Shown here in pieces: positions 30,837 to 40,896 of a DNA stretch of 64,000 nucleotides. How positions within the stretch are numbered: the first letter of the stretch is position 1; the number at the start of each line of letters is the position of its first letter. The stretch is taken from contig CAVUSO010000001.1 of assembly GCA_963744145.1 (NCBI GenBank), positions 960,001 through 1,024,000 on the forward strand, in the 5' to 3' direction. This stretch comes from an uncultured cyanobacterium. GTDB taxonomy: Bacteria > Cyanobacteriota > Cyanobacteriia > Cyanobacteriales > CAWUOF01. Made by a program: the position numbers and the translations under genes. The notes beneath the pieces are model-generated. The model saw only the letters and a list, made by a program, of their open reading frames with translations, did no database searches and was not told the DNA's origin.

Positions 30837-32073
30837 GTGGAACAGAAAGAATTGGAAATCATCAATTACTTGCGATCGCCCAGAGCAATTCGTGAACGTT
30901 GTCAACAAATATTTCTTTGGGGATGTGAAGATCAGTTGGCTCATTTTCAATGCGATTTGAGTCAATTAGAACCAGTTGCGGATTATGTGATTCAAGTCAT
31001 CAAAAATAATTATCCAGATTTAAACATTCCCATTCATTCCCGTTGGAGACATTTTGAAGTTGGCCATGTTCCCCGTTTAAATCAACTCAATCAAAATTTA
31101 CTCAGATTAAATACGATCGAAAGAGCCAAGATTAAGTTTGATCTGATCATCATTAGTGTATTATTAGATGCTGGTGCTGGTGCCTATTGGCAATATAATG
31201 AAATTGAAACCGGACAAGTTTATCGACGCTCCGAAGGTCTAGCTGTCGCAACTTTGCGAATGTTTTGTCATGGCACTTTTTCGAGTAATTCCAATCAGTT
31301 AATGCAAGTTGACTCTGGAGGACTGTTTAAGTTAACTGAAGCTCAACTAGCTCAAGGATTTCAAGTAAATCAATTAAATCATTTAGTTGGGTTGGGTGGT
31401 CGTTTACAACTATTACACCAATTAGGAAAAGCTTTAGAAAGCTATCCAGAGCTGTTTGGTACTGAAAATCAGCGTCCTGGAAATCTCGTCAATTATTTTT
31501 TAGGTCAAGCCAAAGGTGGTAAATTACCAGCTAGCGCAATTTTAGAGACAATTCTCTCCAGTTTAGCGGAAATTTGGCCGGGAAGATTCTAAAATTGGAG
31601 AAGTAAATCTAGGCGATGTTTGGTCCTATCCAGCTTTACAAACAGAGGATTTTGGTTCGGAATACATTCCTTTTCATAAACTTTCCCAATGGTTGACCTA
31701 TTCATTGTTAGAGCCATTAACAGAACTGGGTGTAGAAATTATTGAATTAGAAGCACTCACCGCTTTACCAGAATATCGCAATGGTGGATTATGCTTAGAT
31801 TTAGGTTTAATCAAAGTCAAAAATCCCGCACTCTTAAATAAATCCTATTTACCAGGAGCTGAAATTATCGTTGAATGGCGATCGCTGACAGTAATTTTAT
31901 TAGATCGAATTGCCACAGTAATTCGGGAAAAATTAGGAATGAGTGAGCAAGAATTACCGTTAGTGAAAATCTTACAAGGAGGAACATGGGCAGCAGGTAG
32001 AAAAATTGCCGCAGAATTGAGAAAAGGAGGTATTCCCCCCATCCATATTGAAAGTGATGGTACAGTATTTTAA
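30837..32073 (+). pseudogene. URC4/Urg3 (DUF1688) family protein split by an apparent +1 frameshift near 31590 (may be a sequencing error)
   Basis: IPIHSRWRHF, SVLLDAGAG and RSEGLA in the first frame; NLGDVW, PFHKLSQWLTYSL, LPEYRNGGL and SDGTVF continue in the second. Confidence 0.88.
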
Positions 32074-32100
32074 ATTTATTTATTTTAGAGTTAAATTCAG

Positions 32101-32736
32101 ATGCACCCAGCTGTAACAATCATTGATCATCCCTTAATTCAACATAAACTCACCTTAATGAGGAAAACCGAAACTAGCACAGCTAAATTTCGGACTTTAT
32201 TGAAAGAAATTGGGATGCTATTAGCTTACGAAGTAACAAGAGATTTACCACTTAAATATGAGCTAATTAACACACCAATGACAGTAATGAATGCACCAGT
32301 GTTAGCTTCAGAAAAGAAAATGGTAATTATTTCCATTATGAGAGCTGGACAGGGAATTGTCGATGGAATATTAGAACTGATACCTTCAGCACGAGTAGGA
32401 CATATTGGGTTATATCGAGATCCAAAAACTTTAGTACCAGTGGAATATTATTTTAAAGTTCCCCATGATGTAGAAGATCGAGATTTATTAGTAGTTGATC
32501 CGATGATGGCAACAGGTAACTCAGCTATTGCTGCTGTTTATCGACTGAAAGAAACTCGTCCCAAATCAATAAAATTCGTGTGTTTATTAGCAGCACCAGA
32601 GGGAATTAAGCATTTTCACGAGATTCATCCCGATGTACCAGTTTATACTACTGCAATTGACGATCGCCTAGATGAACATGGGTATATTATCCCAGGTTTA
32701 GGTGATGCAGGCGATCGCTTATATGGAACAAAATAA
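32101..32736 (+). CDS. upp: Uracil phosphoribosyltransferase
   Basis: [38 protein letters not shown]. Confidence 0.96.
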   Translation: MHPAVTIIDHPLIQHKLTLMRKTETSTAKFRTLLKEIGMLLAYEVTRDLPLKYELINTPMTVMNAPVLASEKKMVIISIMRAGQGIVDGILELIPSARVGHIGLYRDPKTLVPVEYYFKVPHDVEDRDLLVVDPMMATGNSAIAAVYRLKETRPKSIKFVCLLAAPEGIKHFHEIHPDVPVYTTAIDDRLDEHGYIIPGLGDAGDRLYGTK

Positions 32737-32971
32737 AGCCTGTTGGTTAGATAATAATATAGCGGATTCCACGTTAATGAAGTACAGTCAGTTATCTCGT
32801 TTGGTTGGGCAGGTTTATAAGTGGGACAGGCATCTTGCCTGTCCGTGATTGGTTTGGAGCAGAATTGATTGGTGAACCTGCCCCTACAAATCCTGGTTGA
32901 TTGTGATCATCAATTCATCGACTTTTTGGTAAATAATCCAATATCCTAATTGATCACCTGTAGGGTTACCG

Positions 32972-33689
32972 ATGAATTTACCACACACAAATAACCTTAA
33001 TAAACCCGCCCTGCTCAAAGGAGTGAAAGTCGTCATTCTTCCCCAAATCCGTTATGCCAGTGCCTTGCCCGGAATTTTGCTGAATCTCTACGGAAGTAAG
33101 GAGGTAGCAGGTGATGTCACCTGGGCTGAATTTGCCGAAGATATAGGAAACATAGAACCCGACGTACCAATTGGCCAACCCATCCTCAATGCCGAGATTT
33201 ATATCTTGGATGAAAATTTGCAGCCAGTTCTTCCATGCGAAGTAGGCGAACTCTGGGTAGGAGGTATTGTGCTAGCACGCGGATACCATAAAAAGCCAGA
33301 AGAAACTAAAGCACGATTCATCCCCAACCCGTTTTCTGGCAATGGTATTCTCTTCAAAACAGCTAGTGGCGTTTGTTGTTCCTTCTACAGTTAATGTGGA
33401 TACAATGAAACAGTATGCCCTCTTCAACCTACCTCATTACATGGTGCCAGCGAGAATCGTCGCCGTAGATGAACTGCCCTTGACTCCCAATGGTAAACTT
33501 GATCGTCAAGCCTTATCTGGCATGAGTGGGTGGAGATTTAGAGTTATCGACTCTGAAAATCTCCTTCAAACCGAAACAGAAAAGTTACTAGCAGACATTT
33601 GGCAGCAGATGTTTCTTTTGTTTCCTATTAGCAGAGATGATGATTTCTTTCCATTGATCCATACAAGAAAAAATAATGACTCGAATTAG
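32972..33689 (+). pseudogene. Internally deleted NRPS adenylation-thiolation relic
   Basis: NLYG, PIGQPI, GELWVGG..LARGY, RFIPNPF; then a jump from FKT to LVAFVV, LPHYMVP, LTPNGKLDR. The carrier domain ends at DDDFF, before the GGxS serine. Confidence 0.85.
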
Positions 33690-34119
33690 ACTAATGCACG
33701 CCAAGTTACATCGAGTGCGCGTAACAGATGCAAATGTTAATTATGTAGGCAGTGTCACTATTGATAGTGAATTGATTGATCAGGTGGGAATCCTGCCTTT
33801 GCAGGAGGTGGAGATTTGGAATATTAGCAATGGCAATCGCTTGTCAACCTATGTGTTGCCCGGAGATCCTGGCAGTGGTGTTATTTGTCTCAATGGTGCA
33901 GCAGCTTATTTGTGCGCTCCCGGAGATTTTGTGATTATTGCTGCCTATGAAGAACGCGATCGCACTGAGGTATTCCGCACCGGACATGAGGCGCGGGTGG
34001 TGATTGCCGATGAACACAATCGCTGTAAACAGTTTTTCTACCAGACTTTAGCTCCCTGTCAGGGCAAACTCATATTTCACACCGAGACTAGCGAAGCACC
34101 AGCAACTACCAATAGCTAA
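33676..34119 (+). CDS. panD: Aspartate 1-decarboxylase (pyruvoyl-dependent)
   Basis: [20 protein letters not shown] (Gly-Ser cleavage site), [15 protein letters not shown]. Confidence 0.92.
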   Translation: MTRIRLMHAKLHRVRVTDANVNYVGSVTIDSELIDQVGILPLQEVEIWNISNGNRLSTYVLPGDPGSGVICLNGAAAYLCAPGDFVIIAAYEERDRTEVFRTGHEARVVIADEHNRCKQFFYQTLAPCQGKLIFHTETSEAPATTNS

Positions 34120-34122
34120 ATT

Positions 34123-34323
34123 ATGCCGTTTAAACCTAACTCCCTATGCTTGAGTATAATCCTTGGTGTACTGGCTGCACTACTACCGCTATCAATAGAT
34201 ATGGGACTACCAGCATTTCCTGCCATTGGTACTTCACTAAATGCCTCTCCTGCTGCTGTAGGACTAACACTCAGTTTATTTATGGCTAGTCAATACTCTA
34301 TTAAAAGAAGAGTCTGCTACTAA
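34123..34323 (+). pseudogene. N-terminal fragment of a Bcr/CflA-type MFS exporter
   Basis: LGVLAALLPLSIDMGLPAFPAI...LTLSLFM matches TM1-TM2 of Bcr/CflA, then ends abruptly. Confidence 0.78.
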
Positions 34324-34391
34324 ACTAAATCAAGCTTACTCAATACTTTCCTCACTAGAATTGACTGAAACCGATCATACTCAACCGGATG

Positions 34392-34555
34392 GCGATCGCA
34401 ACTCTTAGAGAATTGGGGATCGAGCCAGGTTCAGGTTATGTGATATAATATTCTTAATTGAAAGTGCCAATTCACCAGGGAAAGGTGCAATTATGACCCA
34501 AGAATTAATAGATTTAAGAACCAGTATCCTTGAGGGTCGGTATCAAGATGCTTTG
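34392..34555 (+). repeat. 164-bp direct repeat, copy 1 (copy 2 at 40463-40626)
   Basis: Begins at HIP1 GCGATCGC and covers the upstream region plus the first 21 codons of the DUF29-like gene; five mismatches by eye. Confidence 0.92.
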
Positions 34556-35038
34556 CAGATCGTCGATGAATTAGATTGGATGAGTAAGAAAGGAACATTA
34601 CGCACCATTAAATCCTATTTAATGCGGTTGCTAATTCATTTGATTAAAAATCACCTTGAACAACGATTAACTAATTCTTGGGCAGCTTCGATTAGAGGTT
34701 CGGTTGTAGAAATTCTTGACTATAATCTTAAAGATAATACAACTTCTTATTACGTTAACCCGAATGAATGGGAAACCATAATTGAAGAAATTTTTGATTT
34801 GGCTGTTGGTGAAGCTAGTGCAGAAGTGATGGCAGGTGAATATACTCCTTTTGAACTCTTAGAGATCATGGATCAAAGCCAAATAATTGCCACTACAAAA
34901 GTTTTTTTAGCTTTGACCTACAATTACTCGTTAAAAGATTTACCCGCAGCGGTAGATCGGAATTTAACTGAATTGCCTGGTGGAGAAGAGTGGAAAACTG
35001 GAAAAAGCAAGAAAAATAGTACCTTCAGGTTGGGGTAA
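34493..35038 (+). CDS. DUF29-like protein
   Basis: MTQELIDLR...VDELDWMSK...SYLMRLLIHLIK...SWAASIR; paralog of the gene at 40564. Confidence 0.78.
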   Translation: MTQELIDLRTSILEGRYQDALQIVDELDWMSKKGTLRTIKSYLMRLLIHLIKNHLEQRLTNSWAASIRGSVVEILDYNLKDNTTSYYVNPNEWETIIEEIFDLAVGEASAEVMAGEYTPFELLEIMDQSQIIATTKVFLALTYNYSLKDLPAAVDRNLTELPGGEEWKTGKSKKNSTFRLG

Positions 35039-35109
35039 TGCTAAATCTCGATGCTTAACTGAACCGTATGGCGATAAAATCTACTGATATTTGAGGTAAT
35101 TTTATGACC

Positions 35110-35285
35110 CCTACTCTTACTCAGTCAAAGAATTATTCTCAGTCGTTGATGAGAGTTTAGCCGCATTGCCCGGAGGTGAAGAGTGGACTATGGGCAGAAG
35201 GAAGAAAAAATAGGTCGTTCAGATTTGGGTTAGGGATGAAGAAAGACGATCAAAATTAATACCGTGGAAAACTATTAGAATTGTT
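35110..35285 (+). repeat. 176-bp direct repeat (copy at 43184-43359): orphan 3' end of the second DUF29-like gene
   Basis: CCTACTCTTACTCAGT...GGAAAACTA.TAGAATTGTT; three mismatches by eye. Confidence 0.92.
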
Positions 35286-35443
35286 TAATAACTTAGAAGA
35301 ACAGAAAACTCCCGGTAGTCCCTGCTTTCATGGTGCGTGCGATCGCCCACAGAAAGGAAATATCAACAGAACCCTTCGACAGGCTCAGGGCAAGTTTTGT
35401 CCAGATTTGTAGGGGCAAAGCATTTCGGCAGATCAATAATTGC

Positions 35444-36843
35444 TTATCCCTATGATTGTCACTCTAGATAAAGTATAATAGGGACAATAAGCTAAAAGTC
35501 TCATCTGATATATGGTAGAACCAAAATCAAGCCCTCAAACGATCAGCTTCATCGATGACTATTGTCAATATTATCAAAAGCTGTTTCCAGAAGTGCGAAG
35601 CTTTACAGCTTTTAAATATTTGCACATTGGGTTACTTTCGGAATTAAAACGGAAATCCTGACCAGAAATTGCGAAACTGGTTGGGTTAAAAAATTCCCAA
35701 TCATTACATCATTTTTTACAAAGCTCACCCTAGTCAGCAGAGCAATTAAAATTAGCGCGATTGCAATTAATCTTAAAAATTTTAAATGGCAGAGAAATTA
35801 CGGCGATCGTTGATGAAACAGGAGACCCAAAAAAAGGAAAAACTACAGATTATGTGAAGCGGCAATATATTAGGAACTTGGGTAAGCTAGAAAACGGAAT
35901 TGTAGCGGTAACGGTATATGGTTTAATTGATCACCTAACTATGCCTCTGACCTTTGAAGTTTATCAACCGCAAGAGCGACTAAAACCAGGAGATAAATAT
36001 AAAAGTAAACCACAACTAGCTGGTGAAATGTTAAAAGAACGACCGAAGATGGGATTTAATTTTAAATTAGTTTTAGCAGATAGTTTATCTGGTGAAAGTG
36101 CCAGTAATTTTATTAGTTTATTAGATGAATTACAGCTTAACTTTGTGATGTCAATTCGGAGTAACCACAAAGTGCTGATGGCAAAAGGCCAAAAAGTTCC
36201 CAGAAATAGATGGCGGAAATTTGAGCGAGTTTTTACCAATGGAAAAACCCAAGAACGATAGATAAGAGAAATAATTTTTGGTCAACGTCGTGGTTATCAA
36301 TATTGGCAAATTACTACAGACAAAGAGGAATTACCTCAGAATGAAACTTGGTATGTAATCACCAAATTTCCGGGGATTAAGTATGAGCAAGTTGGTCAAT
36401 TCTATGGATTAAGAACATGGGTAGAATATGGGTTAAAGCCAAGTAAAAACTCCTTGGGATGGGCAGATTTTCGGCTCACGGATGATCAGGAAATTGAAAA
36501 ATGGTGGGAATTAGTGTGTAGTGCTTATTTATTGGTGAGTCTTTATTCATCATCCTTACGATCACCGAGTGCGATGAATGAAACTAAATTTTCTGCTCAT
36601 TCCCACTGGTGTCCGCCTAATAACTGGAATAATTTGCTAAATAATTTACGTTTAATTATTCAGCCTTTTATCGGTTTTAATCTGATTAAACTTTGGTTAG
36701 ATGTTTTTCCAATTCCACAATTATCCTGGGGGTTTCCGAGACTAATTGCCCTGATGAATGAGTTTCCTAGTTGCTTAGATTTTAATGCTTTTGAGCTTGA
36801 CTTATATTTTTCCTCTGCTAGCGAGTGACAATCATAGGGATAA
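35444..36843 (+). mobile_element. IS701-family insertion sequence, inactive
   Basis: Perfect 21-bp inverted ends TTATCCCTATGATTGTCACTC (35444-35464) and GAGTGACAATCATAGGGATAA (36823-36843), enclosing a DDE transposase. Confidence 0.88.
35512..36828 (+). pseudogene. IS701-family transposase with three in-frame stop codons
   Basis: MVEPK...FIDDYC..., IVDETGDPKKGKTTDYVKRQY, VLADSL, LGWADFR. Stops at 35659 (TGA), 35731 (TAG) and 36259 (TAG). Confidence 0.88.
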
Positions 36844-37033
36844 CACACTGGACCAAATACTAGAACGCGATGATTGGACGGCTGAGGACATCGAGGACAT
36901 CAGTTATGAAGAGTTGTTCGCGAAGGTCAGCCAGATAATGGCAAAGCCCCTTTATTCGGAAAATAAAGAGGCTTATACGCTTGAGGAGTTGGACGCTCGA
37001 CAAGCTTTAGGATTTGACTGGTAGAAACGAATG

Positions 37034-37060
37034 GGGGTTGAAGCTGGTAACTTCAGCCCC
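37034..37060. terminator. Hairpin between convergent frames in the foreign segment
   Basis: GGGGTTGAAG-N7-CTTCAGCCCC. Confidence 0.5.
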
Positions 37061-37119
37061 GCCCAAATTTATATAAAAGCTAAGGATGTCTGTTGCGTGT
37101 CTTGATTGCGACTTCCCGA

Positions 37120-38100
37120 CTACTTGATTGCAAAGTAACCTGGCCCGTTGAGGTCGGTAAGCAGGCCCGGCCCAGTTGGTTCCCAATCCAGTTGCTCACG
37201 CGTGCGAACGCTCGAAGACGGATTGTCGGTTGCGACGAAGGCCCCGAACCAACTAAAGGCCTTGGCCGCTTCTTCAGCCGATATGGACTCAACCGGAATG
37301 CTCAATTGACGGCCAATGATCTCGGCGATGGCACGGAAAGGGATGCCCTCATCGGCAACACCGTGATAGCGAGTTCCCGCAACACCTTTTTCGAGTGCAA
37401 GCCGGAACAGCCGCGCCACATCCCGCCGATGCACGGCTGGCCAGCGATTTTGCCCGTCGCCGATATAAGCAAAGCGGCCTCGTTTACGCGCGATGCCAAT
37501 CAGTTGGGGCACCAACCCCGTATCCCCTTCGCCGTGCACCGTCGGCGCAAGCCGAATCATCGTTGCCCGTACCCCTAACGATGCCAGCGCCTCGACATTT
37601 TCCTCCGCCTTCGCGCGTGCAAATCCAGACGAGAGGGGATCGGGTTCATCCTCTTCGGTTGCCGCCTTCACGGCACGAAATCCAACGTGAGACAGGCCCA
37701 TGGTGCCGAAGGTCGTAACCAGAGGCCGTCCCGAGCCTTTCAGGGCTGCACCAAAGGTATCAATTGCGCGCCGATCAGCTGCCGCTGCGACCGCCATGAA
37801 GCGACCGGCAATGCCAGAGGGCAATCCACCGAAGATAACACCCATGCGCTGCAAAAACGGAATCTGCGATGGGCCGTGCATGAAGGCTAGGTGGATTACC
37901 CCGTCAGCCGCTGCCGCTGCATTGAGCAGGCTCTCCATATTATCGAGGCCGCCAAGAATAGGCTGAATTCCCTTGGCAGACAATTTCTTTGCTGCCTCCT
38001 CCGTTCGCGCCAGCGCCGTCACAGTATGTCCAGCCGCCATCAGTTCTTCCGCGACTGCTGATCCAATAAAACCCGTTGCTCCCGTAACAAAGACTCGCAT
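37120..38100 (-). CDS. Extended SDR / NAD-dependent epimerase-dehydratase family oxidoreductase, GC-rich and foreign-looking
   Basis: MRVFVTGATGFIG Rossmann motif, GVIHLAF, RWPAVH; AAGGAGGAG ribosome-binding site; GC near 60% in sampled lines. Confidence 0.9.
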   Translation of the reverse strand: MRVFVTGATGFIGSAVAEELMAAGHTVTALARTEEAAKKLSAKGIQPILGGLDNMESLLNAAAAADGVIHLAFMHGPSQIPFLQRMGVIFGGLPSGIAGRFMAVAAAADRRAIDTFGAALKGSGRPLVTTFGTMGLSHVGFRAVKAATEEDEPDPLSSGFARAKAEENVEALASLGVRATMIRLAPTVHGEGDTGLVPQLIGIARKRGRFAYIGDGQNRWPAVHRRDVARLFRLALEKGVAGTRYHGVADEGIPFRAIAEIIGRQLSIPVESISAEEAAKAFSWFGAFVATDNPSSSVRTREQLDWEPTGPGLLTDLNGPGYFAIK

Positions 38101-38242
38101 GTGACTCCTCCTTATTCTTTGCCCGACCGATTCTGGTCCGTCGCCCGACGGGCTGTTTCCTGGGCAACTGAATCCAACTCTAGACGCAGAATGCAGGACG
38201 GTCTATAATCGATAATCCGTTTTCCTTTATCGCGAGTCCAGA

Positions 38243-38290
38243 ATGGATCCGTTATCTCAAATTCTTGATCCTCTTAAAGCCGCAAGCCCC
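38243..38290 (+). pseudogene. Possible truncated start of an AraC-family regulator
   Basis: MDPLSQILDPLK resembles the MDPLS-type N-terminus of cupin-AraC regulators often divergent from such SDR genes; only about 16 codons support it. Confidence 0.4.
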
Positions 38291-38770
38291 AGTTCCGACT
38301 CGTCAACTAGAAAATCATCAGGGATAGTTTTGCGTCTGTCCCAAATTTGGTCGAGACCGCAATTGTAACAATCGAATCGTACAGCCATATTCAAATCAAT
38401 AGCCGAATAAGCATATAAGTCAATATAGTACAGTTACCCCAAATATCAAAACCGCAAGGCAAGAAGGTATCGGAACCAACCAAAAGTTTTACCAGTGCCA
38501 CGGAAACAATCTTTTTACCTTGGTACTCGACTGTTCTACCTGTTCAAAGAATGGGAATAGTTTATGAAAAATTTGGTATTATTGGGGATAGTAGAGGTAA
38601 AGAAAATCGTTTGCGTATTTTTCTAAAACAGAGATATGATCATCAACAAGAATCTCAATCTTTTTTCAAGACTCATTCTTTTAGTAAAAATTTAAACAAT
38701 GAAAATAAAAGTGTCAGTCAATTAAAAGACCGAATAAAAGAATTATTTAAAACGCTTAATCAAAAGATTT

Positions 38771-39993
38771 CAGAAACTCAAAAAAGACGCAGAGTCCTAT
38801 CTCAATACCACAATCCGGGATGCAGTAATTACAGTTCCAGCTTATTTTGATGATCGAAAAAGAATGGCGACTAAGACCGCAGGAGAACTGGCAGGACTAA
38901 ATGTACTTCAAATTATTAACGAGCCTACTGCCGCAGCGATAGAGTTTACTGCTAGCCATACAGTAGAAAACAAAACTATACTTGTTTATGATTTAGGATG
39001 TGCTACATTTGATGTCACTATTATGAAAGTTAATGGTAAAAAAATCGATGTAATTGCTACTTGTGGTGACCATCAACTCGGTGGGAAAGATATTGATGAT
39101 CGTATCATAGCTTACTTTCAGGAGGAATTTCAAAAAACAACTGGATTCGATCCTTTAAATTCTCGGGCTGGTCAAGAAAGACTCCGTAATGAAGCAGAAG
39201 CAAGTAAAAAAAGACTATCTTCCTCTACCAATACAAGGATTAGTCTTGATGTAGAAGGTCGTCAAGCAAACTTTAAAATTAATCAAACCAAATTTGATGA
39301 CCTAATTGATGACTTGATTGTGCGTACTGAAATGAATATTGAGTTAGTTTTAGAGAATGCTAATTTAACTATTCAAAAAATTGATGATGTTCTTTTAGTA
39401 GGAGGTTCAAGTCGAATCCCAGCCGTGAGCAAGCTGTTAAAAAAATATTCGGTAAAGAACCACTAAAAACGGTTAATCCTGACGAAGTAGTAGCCCAGGG
39501 TGCAGCGATCTTAGCACAAAGTTTAGCAATTGAATCTGGTCAAGCAATTCCTGCTCCCAATACAACTTTACCGAAATTTTCTGATGTTTGTTCTCACAGT
39601 TTGGGAGTTGTGAGCCTAAATGAATATGGTGTACCTGAAAACTCAGTAATTATCGCCAAAAATAGTAAGATTCCCTGCACCTATTCACAAAGCTATGGTA
39701 CTGTTCGAGATAATCAGAATACAGTTAATATTCAAATTTTGCAAGGAGATGCTAAAGATCCAGAAGATTGTGGACAGTTAGGAAATGCCCTGATAGAAAA
39801 TATTCCTCCTTCACCACAAGGTTCAGAAGTGGAAATTACTTTTGCCTATGATGCAAATGGTATTCTTAATGTGACTGAAATCTTTGTCCCTACTGGTCAG
39901 AAAATAGTTACAACAATTCAAGTTCAAGAAACCATGTCTCCTGAAGCTACTCAAAAAAGTAAAAAAGATATTAATGATATCAATATTGAGTAG
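38771..39993 (+). pseudogene. Hsp70/DnaK-like gene relic (N-terminus missing, one frameshift)
   Basis: KLKKDAESYL...DAVITVPAYF, IINEPTAAA, YDLGCATFD, LVGGSSRIP; after the shift NPDEVVAQGAAI, IEITF-like VEITFAYDANGILNV. No GIDLGTT motif found upstream. Confidence 0.85.
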
Positions 39994-40029
39994 TCTAACA
40001 ATAGAGCATAAATTTAGCATGATATAATC

Positions 40030-40165
40030 CAACACGGTTCAGTTAAGAATATTTTTGAAGATTCTCAGCAGAAGAAGGGTAAAGCATTCGGATCTAATAT
40101 TACTGGTTTGAGCGCTCAATTGTCGCTAAACATGCTTTACCCCTACACTTAACTGAACCGTATTG
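40030..40165. mobile_element. 136-bp MITE-like element
   Basis: Terminal inverted repeats CAACACGGTTCAGTTAAG and CTTAACTGAACCGTATTG (17/18 match). Lone ends of the same type occur at 27872-27889 and 35054-35071. Confidence 0.78.
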
Positions 40166-40896
40166 TACTACAAGCTAGTTATTTAATTTCGATTTCTTCC
40201 ACGGATTGCCAGTTCACTTTTACCTCGTGCGGCTGTAATTAGCACACCCCAATTAAGCAAAGCTACCATAAGAAATAACATATTTTGACAAAATTGGATT
40301 TAATTCAAACAAAATTTGCTCTGCTGATATTTTTTCATTAAATAACGCTGATGCCAGGATTGTAACCCATTAATTAAATCCATAGATGATAGAGATAAAC
40401 ACTGAGATTAGACGGGTATTTTGATTTGTTAATTATTGGGATAGGGTTTGTAGTTCTGCGGTGCGATCGCAACTCTTAGAGAATTGGGGATCGAGCCAGG
40501 TTCACCTTATGTGATATTATATTCTTAATTGAAAGTGCCAATTCACCAGGGAAAGGTACAATTATGACCCAAGAATTAATAGATTTAAGAACCAGTATCC
40601 TTGATGGTCGGTATCAAGATGCTTTGGTAATTATAGATGAGTTAGAAGGAATGAGTAAACAAGCTATCCTCCGTAACATCCAATCTTTTTTACTCAGAAT
40701 TCTGATTCATTTAATTAAAAATCAAGGAGAACAACGCTTAACTAATTCTTGGGTTGCCTCAATTCGAGATTCTATTCGTCAAATTAAAAAACTCAACCTT
40801 CAAGATCATAAAACTTCCTATTACGTTCAATCGGACGAATGGCAATCACTCCTTGATGATGAATTTGATGAAGCTATTTATCAAGCTAGTTTAGAA

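Noticed and set aside
36785-37024. 79-aa ORF as a real gene
   Set aside because: It starts inside the IS701 end, so it is a chimera of IS sequence and the tail of a truncated foreign gene.
37080-38167. Many overlapping alternative ORFs (37093-37578, 37395-37718, 37700-37966 and others)
   Set aside because: Shadows of the GC-rich SDR gene, where stop codons are rare; no motifs.
38551-38850. 99-aa ORF as an intact gene
   Set aside because: Its 3' third overlaps the Hsp70 relic out of frame; likely a deletion-junction fragment with no recognisable motif.
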